NCBI GenBank assembly: GCA_965242495.1
Contig: OZ251446.1
Span: forward strand, 2,530,160 to 2,594,159
DNA: 64,000 bases
DNA from: Alphaproteobacteria bacterium
Lineage (GTDB): Bacteria > Pseudomonadota > Alphaproteobacteria > MPNO01
Direction: 5' to 3'
Below the pieces are notes generated by a model. That model was not told the origin of the DNA, ran no database searches, and saw only the letters and a list, made by a program, of their open reading frames with translations. Positions 9,549 to 18,849 of this stretch are shown here, piece by piece. The translations under genes and the position numbers were made by a program. How positions within the stretch are numbered: the first letter of the stretch is position 1; each line of letters opens with the position of its first letter.

Positions 9549-10529
9549 TCAACCGCCGGGCGCGCCATCCAGCAGGACCTCGAGTCCCAACAGCGCCGGA
9601 TGCTCGCGCGTGACGACGTAGGCCGGGATCGGGCGCAGATAGTCGCGGAAGCGGCCCTTGTCCTCGAAGCGGCGGCGGAACGGCGAGGCCGCGAAGGCCG
9701 TCCCCAGCCGGGGAACGATGCCGCCGCCGATATAGACCCCGCCGCGGGCGCCGAGACAGAGCGCCAGATTGCCGGCCGCGGTCCCCAGCATGGCGCAGAA
9801 CGTATCCAGCGCCTCGACGCAGCGCGGATCGGCCCCGGCGAGGGCGCGGCCGGCGATCGAAGCCGGCGTCGCGTCTTCGGCCCCGGTCCCGTCGCGCGAA
9901 GCGATCGCGCGATACAGGTTGACCAGCCCGGGGCCCGAGACCGCGCGCTCGATCGAGACGTGGCCGAACTGCGCGGCGAGCGCTGCGGCGAGCGCCCGCT
10001 CGCGGTCGTCGACCGGGGCGAGGGTCGCATGTCCGCCCTCGGTGGCCAGCGGAATCCAGCCGTCCCCCGTCGGCACCAGGCCGGACACCCCGAGCCCGGT
10101 GCCGGGGCCCAGCACGGCGATCGGCCAGCCGGGCTGGGGCCGTCCGCCGCCGATCCGGGTCACGTCGTTCGCGCCCAGCGCCGGCGCGGCGAGGGCGAGG
10201 GCGGCGAAGTCGTTGATCACCTCCAGCCGGTCGAGACCCAGCGTCCGCTCGAGGTCGGAGATGCGGAACGACCAGCCGCGGTTGGTCATCGCCACCGCGT
10301 CGCCGGTCACCGGCGAGGCGACGGCGATCGCCGCGCGGACGGGCGCCGGGTCGGGGGCCGTCGCGTCGAGATAGGCGCGGGCCGCGGCGGCGAGGTCGGG
10401 ATGGTCGCCGCAGGCCAGCACCCGCACGGCGCGCGGCCCGCCGCCGCCGCCGCCGCCGTCCAGCAGCGCGAAGCGCGCATTGGTGCCGCCGATGTCGGCG
10501 ATCAGCCGCGGCGGGCCGGTCTCCGGCAT
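9549..10529 (-). CDS. glk: glucokinase
   Basis: C-terminal 326 aa of listed ORF 9549..11798 from MPETGPPRLIADIGGTNARFAL… (ROK/Glk ATP-binding motif). The remainder of that ORF is an out-of-frame artefact over otsA. Confidence 0.85.
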   Translation of the reverse strand: MPETGPPRLIADIGGTNARFALLDGGGGGGGPRAVRVLACGDHPDLAAAARAYLDATAPDPAPVRAAIAVASPVTGDAVAMTNRGWSFRISDLERTLGLDRLEVINDFAALALAAPALGANDVTRIGGGRPQPGWPIAVLGPGTGLGVSGLVPTGDGWIPLATEGGHATLAPVDDRERALAAALAAQFGHVSIERAVSGPGLVNLYRAIASRDGTGAEDATPASIAGRALAGADPRCVEALDTFCAMLGTAAGNLALCLGARGGVYIGGGIVPRLGTAFAASPFRRRFEDKGRFRDYLRPIPAYVVTREHPALLGLEVLLDGAPGG

Positions 10530-10537
10530 CGCCGGGT

Positions 10538-11920
10538 TCAGCGGCCGCGCGGCGCCGCGTCGAGGGCGGCGAGAAAGCTCCGGCGCCATTCGTGGACGTC
10601 GTGGCGGAGCAGCCAGGAGATCATGCCGCGATGGCGGTTCCGGCGCTCCTCGACCGGCATTTCCAGCGCCGCGCGCAGCGCGCCGGCCACGTCCTCCATG
10701 TCGTAGGGGTTGACGATGACCGCGCCGTCGAGCTCGTGCGCGGCGCCGGCGAATCTCGACAGCACCAGCACGCCGGGGTCGTCCGGGGCCTGGGCGGCGA
10801 CGTATTCCTTGGCCACCAGATTCATGCCGTCCCGGAGCGGCGTCACCAGCCCGACGCGGCTGGCGCGAAAGAAGCAGGCCAGGTCGCCGCGCTCGAAGCT
10901 GCGGTTGAGATAGCGGATCGGCACCCAGTCGAAGTCGGCGAACCGGCCGTTGATGTTGCCGGCCGTCGACTCGAGCTCGCGGCGGATGTCGCCGTAGCCG
11001 CCGACGTCCGCGCGCGACGGCGGCGCCACCTGCATGAAGGTGACGCGGCCGCGCGCGGCCGGGTGCATTTCGAGCATCCGTTCGAAGGCGCGGAACCGCT
11101 CCACCAGCCCCTTCGAGTAGTCCAGCCGGTCGACGCCGACGATCAGCGGCTGGCCCCGGAGCATCGAGTCCAGCCGCGCGCGTTCCGGCGATCCCTCCTG
11201 CCGCTCGGCGAGGGCCACGAGATCGCGGGCGTCGATGCCGATCGGGAAAACGCCCGTCCGCAACCTGCGTCCGAAGGCCGTCGCCATGCCGTCGGACAGC
11301 ACCTCGCCCTTCGCCTCCAGCACCAGATAGTCGTGGAAGGCGGCGAGGTCGTTCGTCGTCTGGAAGCCGATCAGGTCGTAGTCGCACAGCGCGCGCATGA
11401 GCTGCCTGTGCTGCGGCAGCGCGAGCAGCACTTCGAGGGCCGGCATCGGCGTGTGCAGGAAGAACCCCATCGGGTGCGCCGCGCCCTGGCGGCGCAACTC
11501 CCCGGCGAACGGAATCAGGTGGTAGTCGTGGACCCAGATCGCGTCGTCGACCCGGAGCAGCGGCGCCAGCGCCTTGGCGAAGCGCGCGTTCACGCGCAGA
11601 TAGCCGGTGAAGTTGCGGCGGCTGAAGGTCGCGAGGTCCAGCCGGTAGTGGAACAGCGGCCACAACGCCCCGTTGGCGAAGCCGTTGTAATACTCGGTAT
11701 GGTCGCGCCGCGTCATGCCCATCGTCGCGTAGGTCAGGCGGTCCACCGTCGTCATGTCGGGCTTGGGCGGCGGCGCGGCGACCACCTCGCCGTTCCATCC
11801 GAACCAGATGCCGCCGCTCTCGTCGAGCGCCGCGGATACGGCGACCGCGAGCCCGCCGGCCGCGGGCTTCCCTTCGTCGATCGGCGCCACGCGGTTCGAG
11901 ACGACGACCAGACGGCTCAA
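10538..11920 (-). CDS. otsA: alpha,alpha-trehalose-phosphate synthase (UDP-forming)
   Basis: …[27 protein letters not shown]…GWNGEV…HDYHLIPF…[12 protein letters not shown]… From a TTG start (11918-11920) 4 nt after GGAGGAGG, overlapping the upstream stop (TTGA). Confidence 0.9.
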   Translation of the reverse strand: MSRLVVVSNRVAPIDEGKPAAGGLAVAVSAALDESGGIWFGWNGEVVAAPPPKPDMTTVDRLTYATMGMTRRDHTEYYNGFANGALWPLFHYRLDLATFSRRNFTGYLRVNARFAKALAPLLRVDDAIWVHDYHLIPFAGELRRQGAAHPMGFFLHTPMPALEVLLALPQHRQLMRALCDYDLIGFQTTNDLAAFHDYLVLEAKGEVLSDGMATAFGRRLRTGVFPIGIDARDLVALAERQEGSPERARLDSMLRGQPLIVGVDRLDYSKGLVERFRAFERMLEMHPAARGRVTFMQVAPPSRADVGGYGDIRRELESTAGNINGRFADFDWVPIRYLNRSFERGDLACFFRASRVGLVTPLRDGMNLVAKEYVAAQAPDDPGVLVLSRFAGAAHELDGAVIVNPYDMEDVAGALRAALEMPVEERRNRHRGMISWLLRHDVHEWRRSFLAALDAAPRGR

Positions 11921-13701
11921 AACGCCTCCTCCCACGACCGGCTCAACCGCATCGCCGACGAGATCAGCCCGACCATCGAATAGGTCTGGGGAAAATTGCC
12001 CCACAACTCCCGCGTGTCGGGGTCCAGGTCCTCCGACAACAGCCCGACGTGGTTGCGGCACGACAGCACGTTCTCGAACAGCCGCCGCGCTTCTTCGTGG
12101 CGCCCCAACGCCGAAAGCGCGTCGATGTACCAGAAGGTGCAGATCGTGAACGCCGTCTCCGGCGCGCCGAAATCGTCGGGCGTCCGGTAGCGGAACAGGA
12201 AGTCGCCGTAGCGCAGGGTGTTCTCGACCGCGGCGACGGTTCCGGCGAAGCGCGGATCGTCCGCGTCCAGGAACCCGACCTCGTGCAGCAGCAGCAGGCT
12301 CGCGTCCGTGTCGTCGCCGCCGAAGCTCTCGGCGAACGCGCCCAGCTCGGCGTTCCACGCCTTCTCCAGGATCACCCCCCGCATCCGCCTGGCGCGGCCC
12401 CGCCACAGATCGGCGCGCTCGGCGAGCTCCAGACGGCGCGCGATCTTGGCCAGCCGGTCGCAGGCCGCCCAGCACATCACCGCGGAGAAGGTATGGACCT
12501 TGGCGATCGAACGAAATTCCCACAGGCCGGCGTCGGGTTGGTCGAACACCTTCACCGCCTGTTCGCCGATCGCCTCCAGGCGCTCGAAGACGCGGGCGGT
12601 GCCGGGATGCACCAGCCGCTGATCGAAGAACATCTGCGTCGCGGCCAGGACCACGCTGCCGTAGACGTCGTTCTGGATATGCTCGAAGGCCTGGTTCCCG
12701 ACCCGCACCGGCCCCATGGCGCGATAGCCGCTGAGCGCGGTATCGGCGCGCTCGGTCAGGCGCGCGGCCTGGGTGATGCCGTAGACCGGCTGCAGGTGAT
12801 CGCTGACGGCCGCGGCGGCGATATTGGCGATGTAGCGGAGGAACTCCTCCATCGTCCGCGTAGCGCCCAGCCGGTTCAGCGCGTGGACTACGAAATAGGC
12901 GTCCCGCAGCCAGCAATAGCGGTAGTCCCAGTTGCGCCCGGTATCGGGCGCCTCCGGGATCGAGGTGGTCATCGCCGCGACGATCGCGCCGCTCTCCTCG
13001 AAACTGCACAGCTTGAGCGTGATCGCGGCGCGGATGACCGCCTCCTGCCACTCGAACGGAACCGACAGATAGCGCGCCCATTCGCGCCAGTACTCGTCGG
13101 TGTTCTCGCGGAAGCTGCGGCCGGCCTCGCCGACCGGCCGGTCGAACGACTCGTCGGGGCCGAGGATCAGCGTACACGCCTCTTCGAGGACGAACGGTAT
13201 CTCGTCGAGCACGTAGGTCACCGGCGCATCCGTGGTGAGCCGCAGCGTCATCGCCGGCATGACGTAGCGGATATGGTTGCTGCCATGGGTGACCTCCGGA
13301 ACCCGGCTGCCGTAATCGACGGTCGGGCGCAGGCGCACGCGGATGCGCGGATTGCCCGCGGCGGGGCGGATTTGGCGCACCGCCATGATCGGCCGGTAGG
13401 ACCGTCCGAACTGCTTGAACCGCGGCGCGAAGTCGGTGATCTCGACCGCCGAGTCGTGGCTGTCGAACAGGGTGGTCACCAGGATCGCCGAGTTGCGGAG
13501 ATAGCGTTGCTCGCTGCGCGCGAAGTCGTCGATCGTCACGTCGAAGAAGCCGCGACCGTCCTCGTCGTCGTCGTTGATCAGGCTGCTGAAGACCGGGTCG
13601 CCGTCGAAACGCGGCAGGCACGACCAGACGATCCGGCCCCGCGAGTCGATCAACGCCGAATAGCTGCAATTGCCGATCACCGCGAGGTCGAGATTGCTCA
13701 T
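11917..13701 (-). CDS. glycoside hydrolase family 15 (glucoamylase/trehalase-like)
   Basis: MSNLDLAVIGNCSYSALID…WDYRYCWLRDAYFVVHALNRLG… (GH15 catalytic-domain signature). Start ATG 13699-13701 overlaps the otsB stop. Confidence 0.8.
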   Translation of the reverse strand: MSNLDLAVIGNCSYSALIDSRGRIVWSCLPRFDGDPVFSSLINDDDEDGRGFFDVTIDDFARSEQRYLRNSAILVTTLFDSHDSAVEITDFAPRFKQFGRSYRPIMAVRQIRPAAGNPRIRVRLRPTVDYGSRVPEVTHGSNHIRYVMPAMTLRLTTDAPVTYVLDEIPFVLEEACTLILGPDESFDRPVGEAGRSFRENTDEYWREWARYLSVPFEWQEAVIRAAITLKLCSFEESGAIVAAMTTSIPEAPDTGRNWDYRYCWLRDAYFVVHALNRLGATRTMEEFLRYIANIAAAAVSDHLQPVYGITQAARLTERADTALSGYRAMGPVRVGNQAFEHIQNDVYGSVVLAATQMFFDQRLVHPGTARVFERLEAIGEQAVKVFDQPDAGLWEFRSIAKVHTFSAVMCWAACDRLAKIARRLELAERADLWRGRARRMRGVILEKAWNAELGAFAESFGGDDTDASLLLLHEVGFLDADDPRFAGTVAAVENTLRYGDFLFRYRTPDDFGAPETAFTICTFWYIDALSALGRHEEARRLFENVLSCRNHVGLLSEDLDPDTRELWGNFPQTYSMVGLISSAMRLSRSWEEAF

Positions 13702-14477
13702 CGGACTTCCCCCGTCATCCGCGCGCATCGACCCGTCCCCGCCGCGAGATCGTCCAGCCAGGCGTGGAGTTCGGCGACGCTCGCGATGCGCCACCGGGCC
13801 GAGCTGCGGTCGGCGTCGCCGACGCGAATGGAATGGCCGCCCAGGCGGTTGACCGCGGCGAACCCGTCCTCATCGGTCACGTCGTCGCCGACGAAGACGG
13901 GCAGGCGGCCGCGAAACGGCGCGCCGGCCATGAACTCGTCCACCACGTCGCCCTTGTGGGCGCCGGGCGGGCGGAACTCCAGCACCATCTTGCCGCGTTG
14001 CAGGACCAGACGGTCGCGATGCCCGTCGAGCAGCGCGCGGGCGAACCGGCCGGCCTCGTCCGCCATGCCGGGCGCGCGGCGGAAGTGGAGCGCCACCGTC
14101 GGCCCCTTGTCCTCGACCAGAAGGCCCGGGTCCCGGCGGGCGAAGTCCCGCAGCGCCGCGCCCACCGATTCGATCTCGCGGGTCGGCCCGCCGGGACGGA
14201 CGACATGGCCCGCGGCGTCGCGGCGCTCCAGCCCGTGCAGCCCGGCGGCGACGGGGCGCAGCGGCGCGAACAGGCGGTCGAGCGTCTCCAGCGACCGGCC
14301 GCTGATGAGGGCCACGGCGCCGCCGAAGCGGCCGCCCAGCGCGGCCAGGGTCTCGCGCATACCCGGTGCCGGCGCCGCCGCCTCCGGCGTGTCCGCGATC
14401 TCGATCAGCGTGCCGTCGACGTCGAGGAACAGCGCCCAGCCGTCCGCCGGACGGGGAAGCGCGCCGGCGCCTCTCAT
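13698..14477 (-). CDS. otsB: trehalose-phosphatase
   Basis: HAD motif I FLDVDGTL, …VALISGRS…, motif GDDVTDE. Heads the otsB-GH15-otsA-glk operon. Confidence 0.85.
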   Translation of the reverse strand: MRGAGALPRPADGWALFLDVDGTLIEIADTPEAAAPAPGMRETLAALGGRFGGAVALISGRSLETLDRLFAPLRPVAAGLHGLERRDAAGHVVRPGGPTREIESVGAALRDFARRDPGLLVEDKGPTVALHFRRAPGMADEAGRFARALLDGHRDRLVLQRGKMVLEFRPPGAHKGDVVDEFMAGAPFRGRLPVFVGDDVTDEDGFAAVNRLGGHSIRVGDADRSSARWRIASVAELHAWLDDLAAGTGRCARMTGEVR

Positions 14478-14532
14478 GCCGGTCTCCTCGCGCCGGGGGC
14501 GGCGCGCATCGGCGGCGGCGTCTTCTCCGCCG

Positions 14533-15495
14533 TCATTCGGCGGCGAGATCCAGTCTTCCCATATCGGCCAGCGCCTCGATCACGGCGGTCATCTGTCCGG
14601 TCAGGCGCTCGATGCCGGCGGTCCGCTCGATCCTGCGCTCGTCCATGTAGAGCGCCCGGTTGATCTCGATCTGGAGCGCGTGCACGCCCTCGGCGGGCCG
14701 GCCGTAATGGCGCACCGTGTAGCCGCCGGCGAAGGGCTTGTTGCGCACCACGACGCCGCCCAGCGACCGGAGCGCCGCCTCGACGGTCGCGGTGACGCTC
14801 GCGTCGCACGACCTGCCGAATGCGTCGCCGAGCACGAAATCCGCCCTGTTGCGGCCGGCGTCGGGGTCCCTCGGCCCACCGACCGACGGCATCGAATGAC
14901 AGTCGATCAGGATGCAGAAGCCGAACGCCTCCCGCGTGCGGTCGATGCTGGCCTGCAAGGCCGCGTGATAGGGCCGGTAACAGGTCTCGATGCGGCGCAT
15001 CGCCTCGGCGAAGCGCAGCTTGGCGCGGTAGATCTCCCGGCCGCTGGCGACGACCTTGGCGATCGTGCCGAGGCCCGCGGCGACCCGGCTCGACTGGGCG
15101 TTGGCGTAGCCGGGCAGCGGGTCGGCGAACATCGCCGGGTCGAGCTCGAACGGCTCGCGGTTCGGGTCGACGAAGGCGCGAGGGAACAGGGCGCGGACCA
15201 GCGGCGCCCCATGGGCCGGGGCCGCGGCGAACAGCTCGTCCACGAAGCTGTCCTCCGACTGCCGCAGCGTCAGCCGGTCGAGGGCCGAACCGGCGACGAA
15301 ATCGGGCGGGTAGTCGCTGCCGCTATGCGGCGAGGCGAAGACCAGCGGCGCCTCCTGACGCGCCGGCGCGATCACCTCGACGGGCCGCGCCGCCCTGGCG
15401 CGGATCCTGGCCAACACCCCCATCCCGCGCAGCTCCTCGCCCCAGCCGTCGAACATGCGGCCCGGGCGCGGAAGTATTCTGGCCAGCATCCTCAT
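14533..15495 (-). CDS. N-formylglutamate amidohydrolase family protein
   Basis: …LVFASPHSGSDYPPDF… …ILIDCHSMPS… consistent with FGase (PF05013). Confidence 0.65.
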   Translation of the reverse strand: MRMLARILPRPGRMFDGWGEELRGMGVLARIRARAARPVEVIAPARQEAPLVFASPHSGSDYPPDFVAGSALDRLTLRQSEDSFVDELFAAAPAHGAPLVRALFPRAFVDPNREPFELDPAMFADPLPGYANAQSSRVAAGLGTIAKVVASGREIYRAKLRFAEAMRRIETCYRPYHAALQASIDRTREAFGFCILIDCHSMPSVGGPRDPDAGRNRADFVLGDAFGRSCDASVTATVEAALRSLGGVVVRNKPFAGGYTVRHYGRPAEGVHALQIEINRALYMDERRIERTAGIERLTGQMTAVIEALADMGRLDLAAE

Positions 15496-15734
15496 CCCGC
15501 GCAGGTCTTAACCCGCATTCTTCGTCCTGTCCATGGCCTGTTCCCGCCCATGGCCCGCGCGGCGCGCGCGACGGGCCGAATGGACGCCTTCCGACCGCAC
15601 GACGCCCTCGACGAACGACCCCGCCGCGCATCTTCACGCGCCGACGGCCAAAGAAGCCCCGTGTCCCATGCGCAGGGAGCCAGGACACGCGCTTGCCATC
15701 GGCGGCGCTTCGTCTATAACCTGGGGACGTCGGC

Positions 15735-15809
15735 GGGCGCGTAGCTCAGCGGGAGAGCACTACGTTGACATCGTAGGGGTCGCTGGTTCGATCCCAGCCG
15801 CGCCCACCA
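15735..15809 (+). tRNA. tRNA-Val (anticodon GAC)
   Basis: Acceptor GGGCGCG/CGCGCCC, D-arm TAGCTCAGCGGGAGAGCA, anticodon stem CTACG/CGTAG with loop TTGACAT, T-arm GGTTCGATCC, discriminator A plus CCA. Confidence 0.9.
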
Positions 15810-15824
15810 CCGGCGCCTGTCGCG

Positions 15825-16330
15825 CCGCCGGCATTTTTCGCTTGACACGGGGGAGCGTTTGTGTTACGATCCTTCACAGTGGACAGAAGCGACCGGGAGC
15901 CCCGCTGTCGACCGTCGGCGGGGTTTTTCGTCGCCCCCGACATGGATGCGCAGGAGCCCGCTCCCTGCAATCGAAGATTGCATCGGCGACGGCGAACCGA
16001 ACGCGACCTTCCCGCCGGCGCCGGGCCGGACCGGATCGAAGCCGGGCGGTGCGGAATGGACGGCGGGGCGCGGCGGCAGGCGAAATCGGACGCCGAATCC
16101 GCCCTGCTTTTCGCCTGCTTTCGCCCTGCTTCCGACCGGTTTTCACCCTGCTTTTTCCCTGGTTTTTCGTCGTAACCCATTGGTATGCAACGAAATCGTG
16201 AATTTTTCGCCGGCGGAGCGCCCGCCACCCCGCCGCCGCGCCGTCGCCGACGGGGGAGAACGCGCCGGCCCGGGGCGGGGCCGGCGGCCGGATTTCCGGC
16301 AATCGAAGATTGTATTCCATCGTAACGAAA
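15825..16330 (+). repeat. dispersed repeat family, copy A (promoter module + palindrome pair + phased T-tracts)
   Basis: UP-like gcatttttcgc + TTGACA(15842-47)-N17-TACGAT(15865-70). Palindromes TGCAATCGAAGATTGCA at 15966-15982 and 16298-16314. T-tracts at 16108/16119/16130/16141/16153/16163 (11-bp phase). Motif gtaacccattggtatgcaacgaaatcg. Aligns with copies B (18850-19140) and C (44230-44760, minus). Confidence 0.65.
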
Positions 16331-16524
16331 TACCGGGACGGGACGAGGCGCAGCGTCGCGGCCGCCCGTTGGACAATCCGCCGCCGGCCGGGTTAGGCTC
16401 GCCGCCCGGCCGCCGGATCGAGCATCGAGGAGCAGCGCAATTGGACGAACGACCCGACGCGCCCGGCGGGATCGAGGCGTCTCTCGACGCGGCGGGCATC
16501 GGACACAACCGGCCCAAGGAGGTC

Positions 16525-17043
16525 GTGTGGGAGCGCTGGCAGCGCAAGCGCGTCTTCGTGCGCGCGCTCGAAGGCGCCTACGGCGAGTTGCAGCGCCAGA
16601 TCTGGGACCAGCCCCGGGTCTACCGCTCCCGGGACCAGGAGTGGCGCGGCGGGCCGCAGCTGTTCGACAAGGCGATCGTCAACCCGCAGAAGACCGACGT
16701 CGCGCAGTCGATCGAGACCCACATCTCGGTCATCGCCCCGGGCGGCACCGGCCAGCGCCATGGGCACATGAACTCGGCCATCTTCTACGTGCTGCGCGGC
16801 AAGGGCTACGACGTCCATGACGGCAAGCGCCACGACTACGAGGCGGGCGACGTCATGGTGGTCGAGAACGGCTGCGTGCATCAGCACTTCAACGCCAGCG
16901 ACAGCGAGGATCTGGTGCTCCTGGTGATGAAGGCCAAGCCGCTGTTCCTGTTCATGCACATGCTGTTCCAGAAGATCGCGAAATTCCCGCCCAAGGAGCC
17001 GGTCCCGGGCTGGGAGGACTGGACCCCGCCGGACGACGTCTGA
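16525..17043 (+). CDS. cupin domain protein (metal-binding HxH…E…H)
   Basis: GTG start 7 nt after AAGGAGG. …GQRHGHMNSAIFYVLRGKGYDVHDGKRHDYEAGDVMVVENGCVHQHFN…. Confidence 0.55.
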   Translation: MWERWQRKRVFVRALEGAYGELQRQIWDQPRVYRSRDQEWRGGPQLFDKAIVNPQKTDVAQSIETHISVIAPGGTGQRHGHMNSAIFYVLRGKGYDVHDGKRHDYEAGDVMVVENGCVHQHFNASDSEDLVLLVMKAKPLFLFMHMLFQKIAKFPPKEPVPGWEDWTPPDDV

Positions 17044-17062
17044 GGGGTCGGGGAGGAGGTTC

Positions 17063-17695
17063 ATGGCCGACGAACGGGACCGCGCGCGCCGGAGCGAACG
17101 GCGCGCCGACATCTACGCCGACTGGCTGCGCGACTCGGCGGCGTTCCGCGCCGACTACCGGCGCCGCGTCACCGTCCTCAAAGGCGCCGACATGCCGCTC
17201 GAAGACTCGCCCGACGGGCTGCTCAAGCACATGGTGCACGAGAAACTCAACACCACCGAATGCTGTCTCGACGTCTACATGCAGTTCCTGCCGCCGGGCG
17301 GGCGGTCGGGCAAAAGCCGCCGGCTCGCCGAGCAGATCGCCTATGTCGCGGAGGGTTCGGGCTACGACCTTCACTGGGACGTCGATTTCGAGGTCGACGT
17401 CGAGTTCGAGTGGAGCTGGGCGGAAGAACCGCGCCGGTTCGAATGGAGCCGGGGCGACTTCGTCTTCGTCCCGGCCTACACGATCAAGCAGCACGTCAAC
17501 GCCGACGCGAATCGGGGGGCGCGGCTGATCGTGATCTCGAACCGCATCTTCAAGGCGATGGGTCTCGACTGGATCGAACAGATCGAGAATGCCGAGGGCT
17601 ATGACGGCGGCCTCGCGACCGAACTGGCCGGGCCGGGCTGGCGCCCCGATTCGCGCGCCGGCCCCGATTCCCGCGCCGAAGGAGAATCCCCATGA
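17063..17695 (+). CDS. cupin domain protein (second)
   Basis: …YDLHWDVDFEVDVEFEWSW…GDFVFVPAYTIKQHVNA… Stop overlaps the next start (ATGA). Confidence 0.5.
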   Translation: MADERDRARRSERRADIYADWLRDSAAFRADYRRRVTVLKGADMPLEDSPDGLLKHMVHEKLNTTECCLDVYMQFLPPGGRSGKSRRLAEQIAYVAEGSGYDLHWDVDFEVDVEFEWSWAEEPRRFEWSRGDFVFVPAYTIKQHVNADANRGARLIVISNRIFKAMGLDWIEQIENAEGYDGGLATELAGPGWRPDSRAGPDSRAEGESP

Positions 17696-18819
17696 GCCAG
17701 GCGTCGGGCATCCGCGAAATCGGCTATTTCGACTGCCCGGGCGGCGGGCAGGTCGTGGTCGACGGAACGACCGCCTATATCGGCCACATCGCCGGACCGG
17801 AGGCGACCACCGTCGTCGACGTGAGCGACCCGCGCAATCCCCGCCAGGTCCATCAGCTGACCTGCCGCCATGCCGGCGCCCACGCCCACAAGGTGCGCGC
17901 CCGGAACGGGCTGATGCTCACCAACTACGAGTCGGTCGTCCCCGCGGGCGACGCCGAGCCGGGCTTCCGCGGCGGGCTCCACGTCTTCGACCTCGCCGAC
18001 CCGCACAAGCCCGAGCCGATCGCCTTCTGGCCCTGCGACGGCACCGGCGTCCACCGCTTCACCTTCGACGGCCGCTACGCCTACATCTCGCCCGAGATCG
18101 AGGGCTATGACGGCAATATCTGCATGATCCTCGACCTGAAGGATCCGGCCCGCCCCGAGGAGGTCGGCCGCTGGCACATGCCGGGCCAGTGGATCGCCGG
18201 CGGCGAGACGCCCGGCTGGGGGCCGCGCCAGCATCGCTGCCATCACCCGATGCGGCTGGACGACCGGCTCTACGTCAGCTACTGGCACGGCGGCTGGGTG
18301 ATCCTCGACATCTCGGACATGACCAGACCCGAATTCGTCTCGGGCATGGATTGGAGCCCGCCCTTCCCGTGGCCGACCCACACCTGCCTGCCGATTCCGT
18401 TCGAGGTCGCGGGGCGCCGGATCATGCTGGTCGCCGACGAGGACGTCGCCAAGGCCTACCCGTCCGGCCCGTCCTTCCTGTGGGTCGTGGACATCACCGA
18501 CGAGGCCCACCCGATGCCGTTCTCCAGCTATCAGGTGGCCGGCCTCGACGGCGCCCCGACGCCGGCGATGACCGGCTGCCACCAACCGGTCGAGCACGTC
18601 CGCGGCTCCGAGATCCCGGTCGCCTGGTTCGCCCAGGGTCTCCGCGTGATCGACATCGCCGATCCGTTCAACGTCAAGGAGATCGCCCATTACGTCCCCG
18701 ACCTGCCCGAGGGGTCGCGGCGGGTCTGCAGCAACGACGTGTTCCAGGACGACCGCGGCCTGATCTACGTCATCGACCGGGTGCGCGGGCTGAACATCGT
18801 CGAGCCCGCTTGGTCGTAG
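17692..18819 (+). CDS. LVIVD-repeat beta-propeller protein
   Basis: Repeated …G(L/W)(R/V)(V/I)(I/L)D(I/V)(S/A)D… units (GLRVIDIADP, WVILDISDM, LWVVDITDE, LIYVIDRV) resembling LVIVD repeats (PF08309). Confidence 0.45.
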   Translation: MSQASGIREIGYFDCPGGGQVVVDGTTAYIGHIAGPEATTVVDVSDPRNPRQVHQLTCRHAGAHAHKVRARNGLMLTNYESVVPAGDAEPGFRGGLHVFDLADPHKPEPIAFWPCDGTGVHRFTFDGRYAYISPEIEGYDGNICMILDLKDPARPEEVGRWHMPGQWIAGGETPGWGPRQHRCHHPMRLDDRLYVSYWHGGWVILDISDMTRPEFVSGMDWSPPFPWPTHTCLPIPFEVAGRRIMLVADEDVAKAYPSGPSFLWVVDITDEAHPMPFSSYQVAGLDGAPTPAMTGCHQPVEHVRGSEIPVAWFAQGLRVIDIADPFNVKEIAHYVPDLPEGSRRVCSNDVFQDDRGLIYVIDRVRGLNIVEPAWS

Positions 18820-18849
18820 GGCCGGCCCCGCCTCTCCCCGGCGCGACTC

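Noticed and set aside
9549-11798. Single 749-aa ORF read as one gene
   Set aside because: Only the C-terminal 326 aa (glucokinase) is real. The N-terminal part is an out-of-frame read-through over otsA. Likewise 10538..13669 fuses otsA with an artefactual frame over the GH15 gene.
15746-16228. Lys/Arg-rich peptide (…CIPMGYDEKPGKKQGENR…) encoded on the strand opposite to the repeat-family promoter, 'conserved' in copies A, B and C
   Set aside because: Conservation is at nucleotide level only. Copies differ by non-triplet indels shortly downstream, and the residues simply reflect translation of phased A-tracts. No SD. A protein-coding function is not supported.
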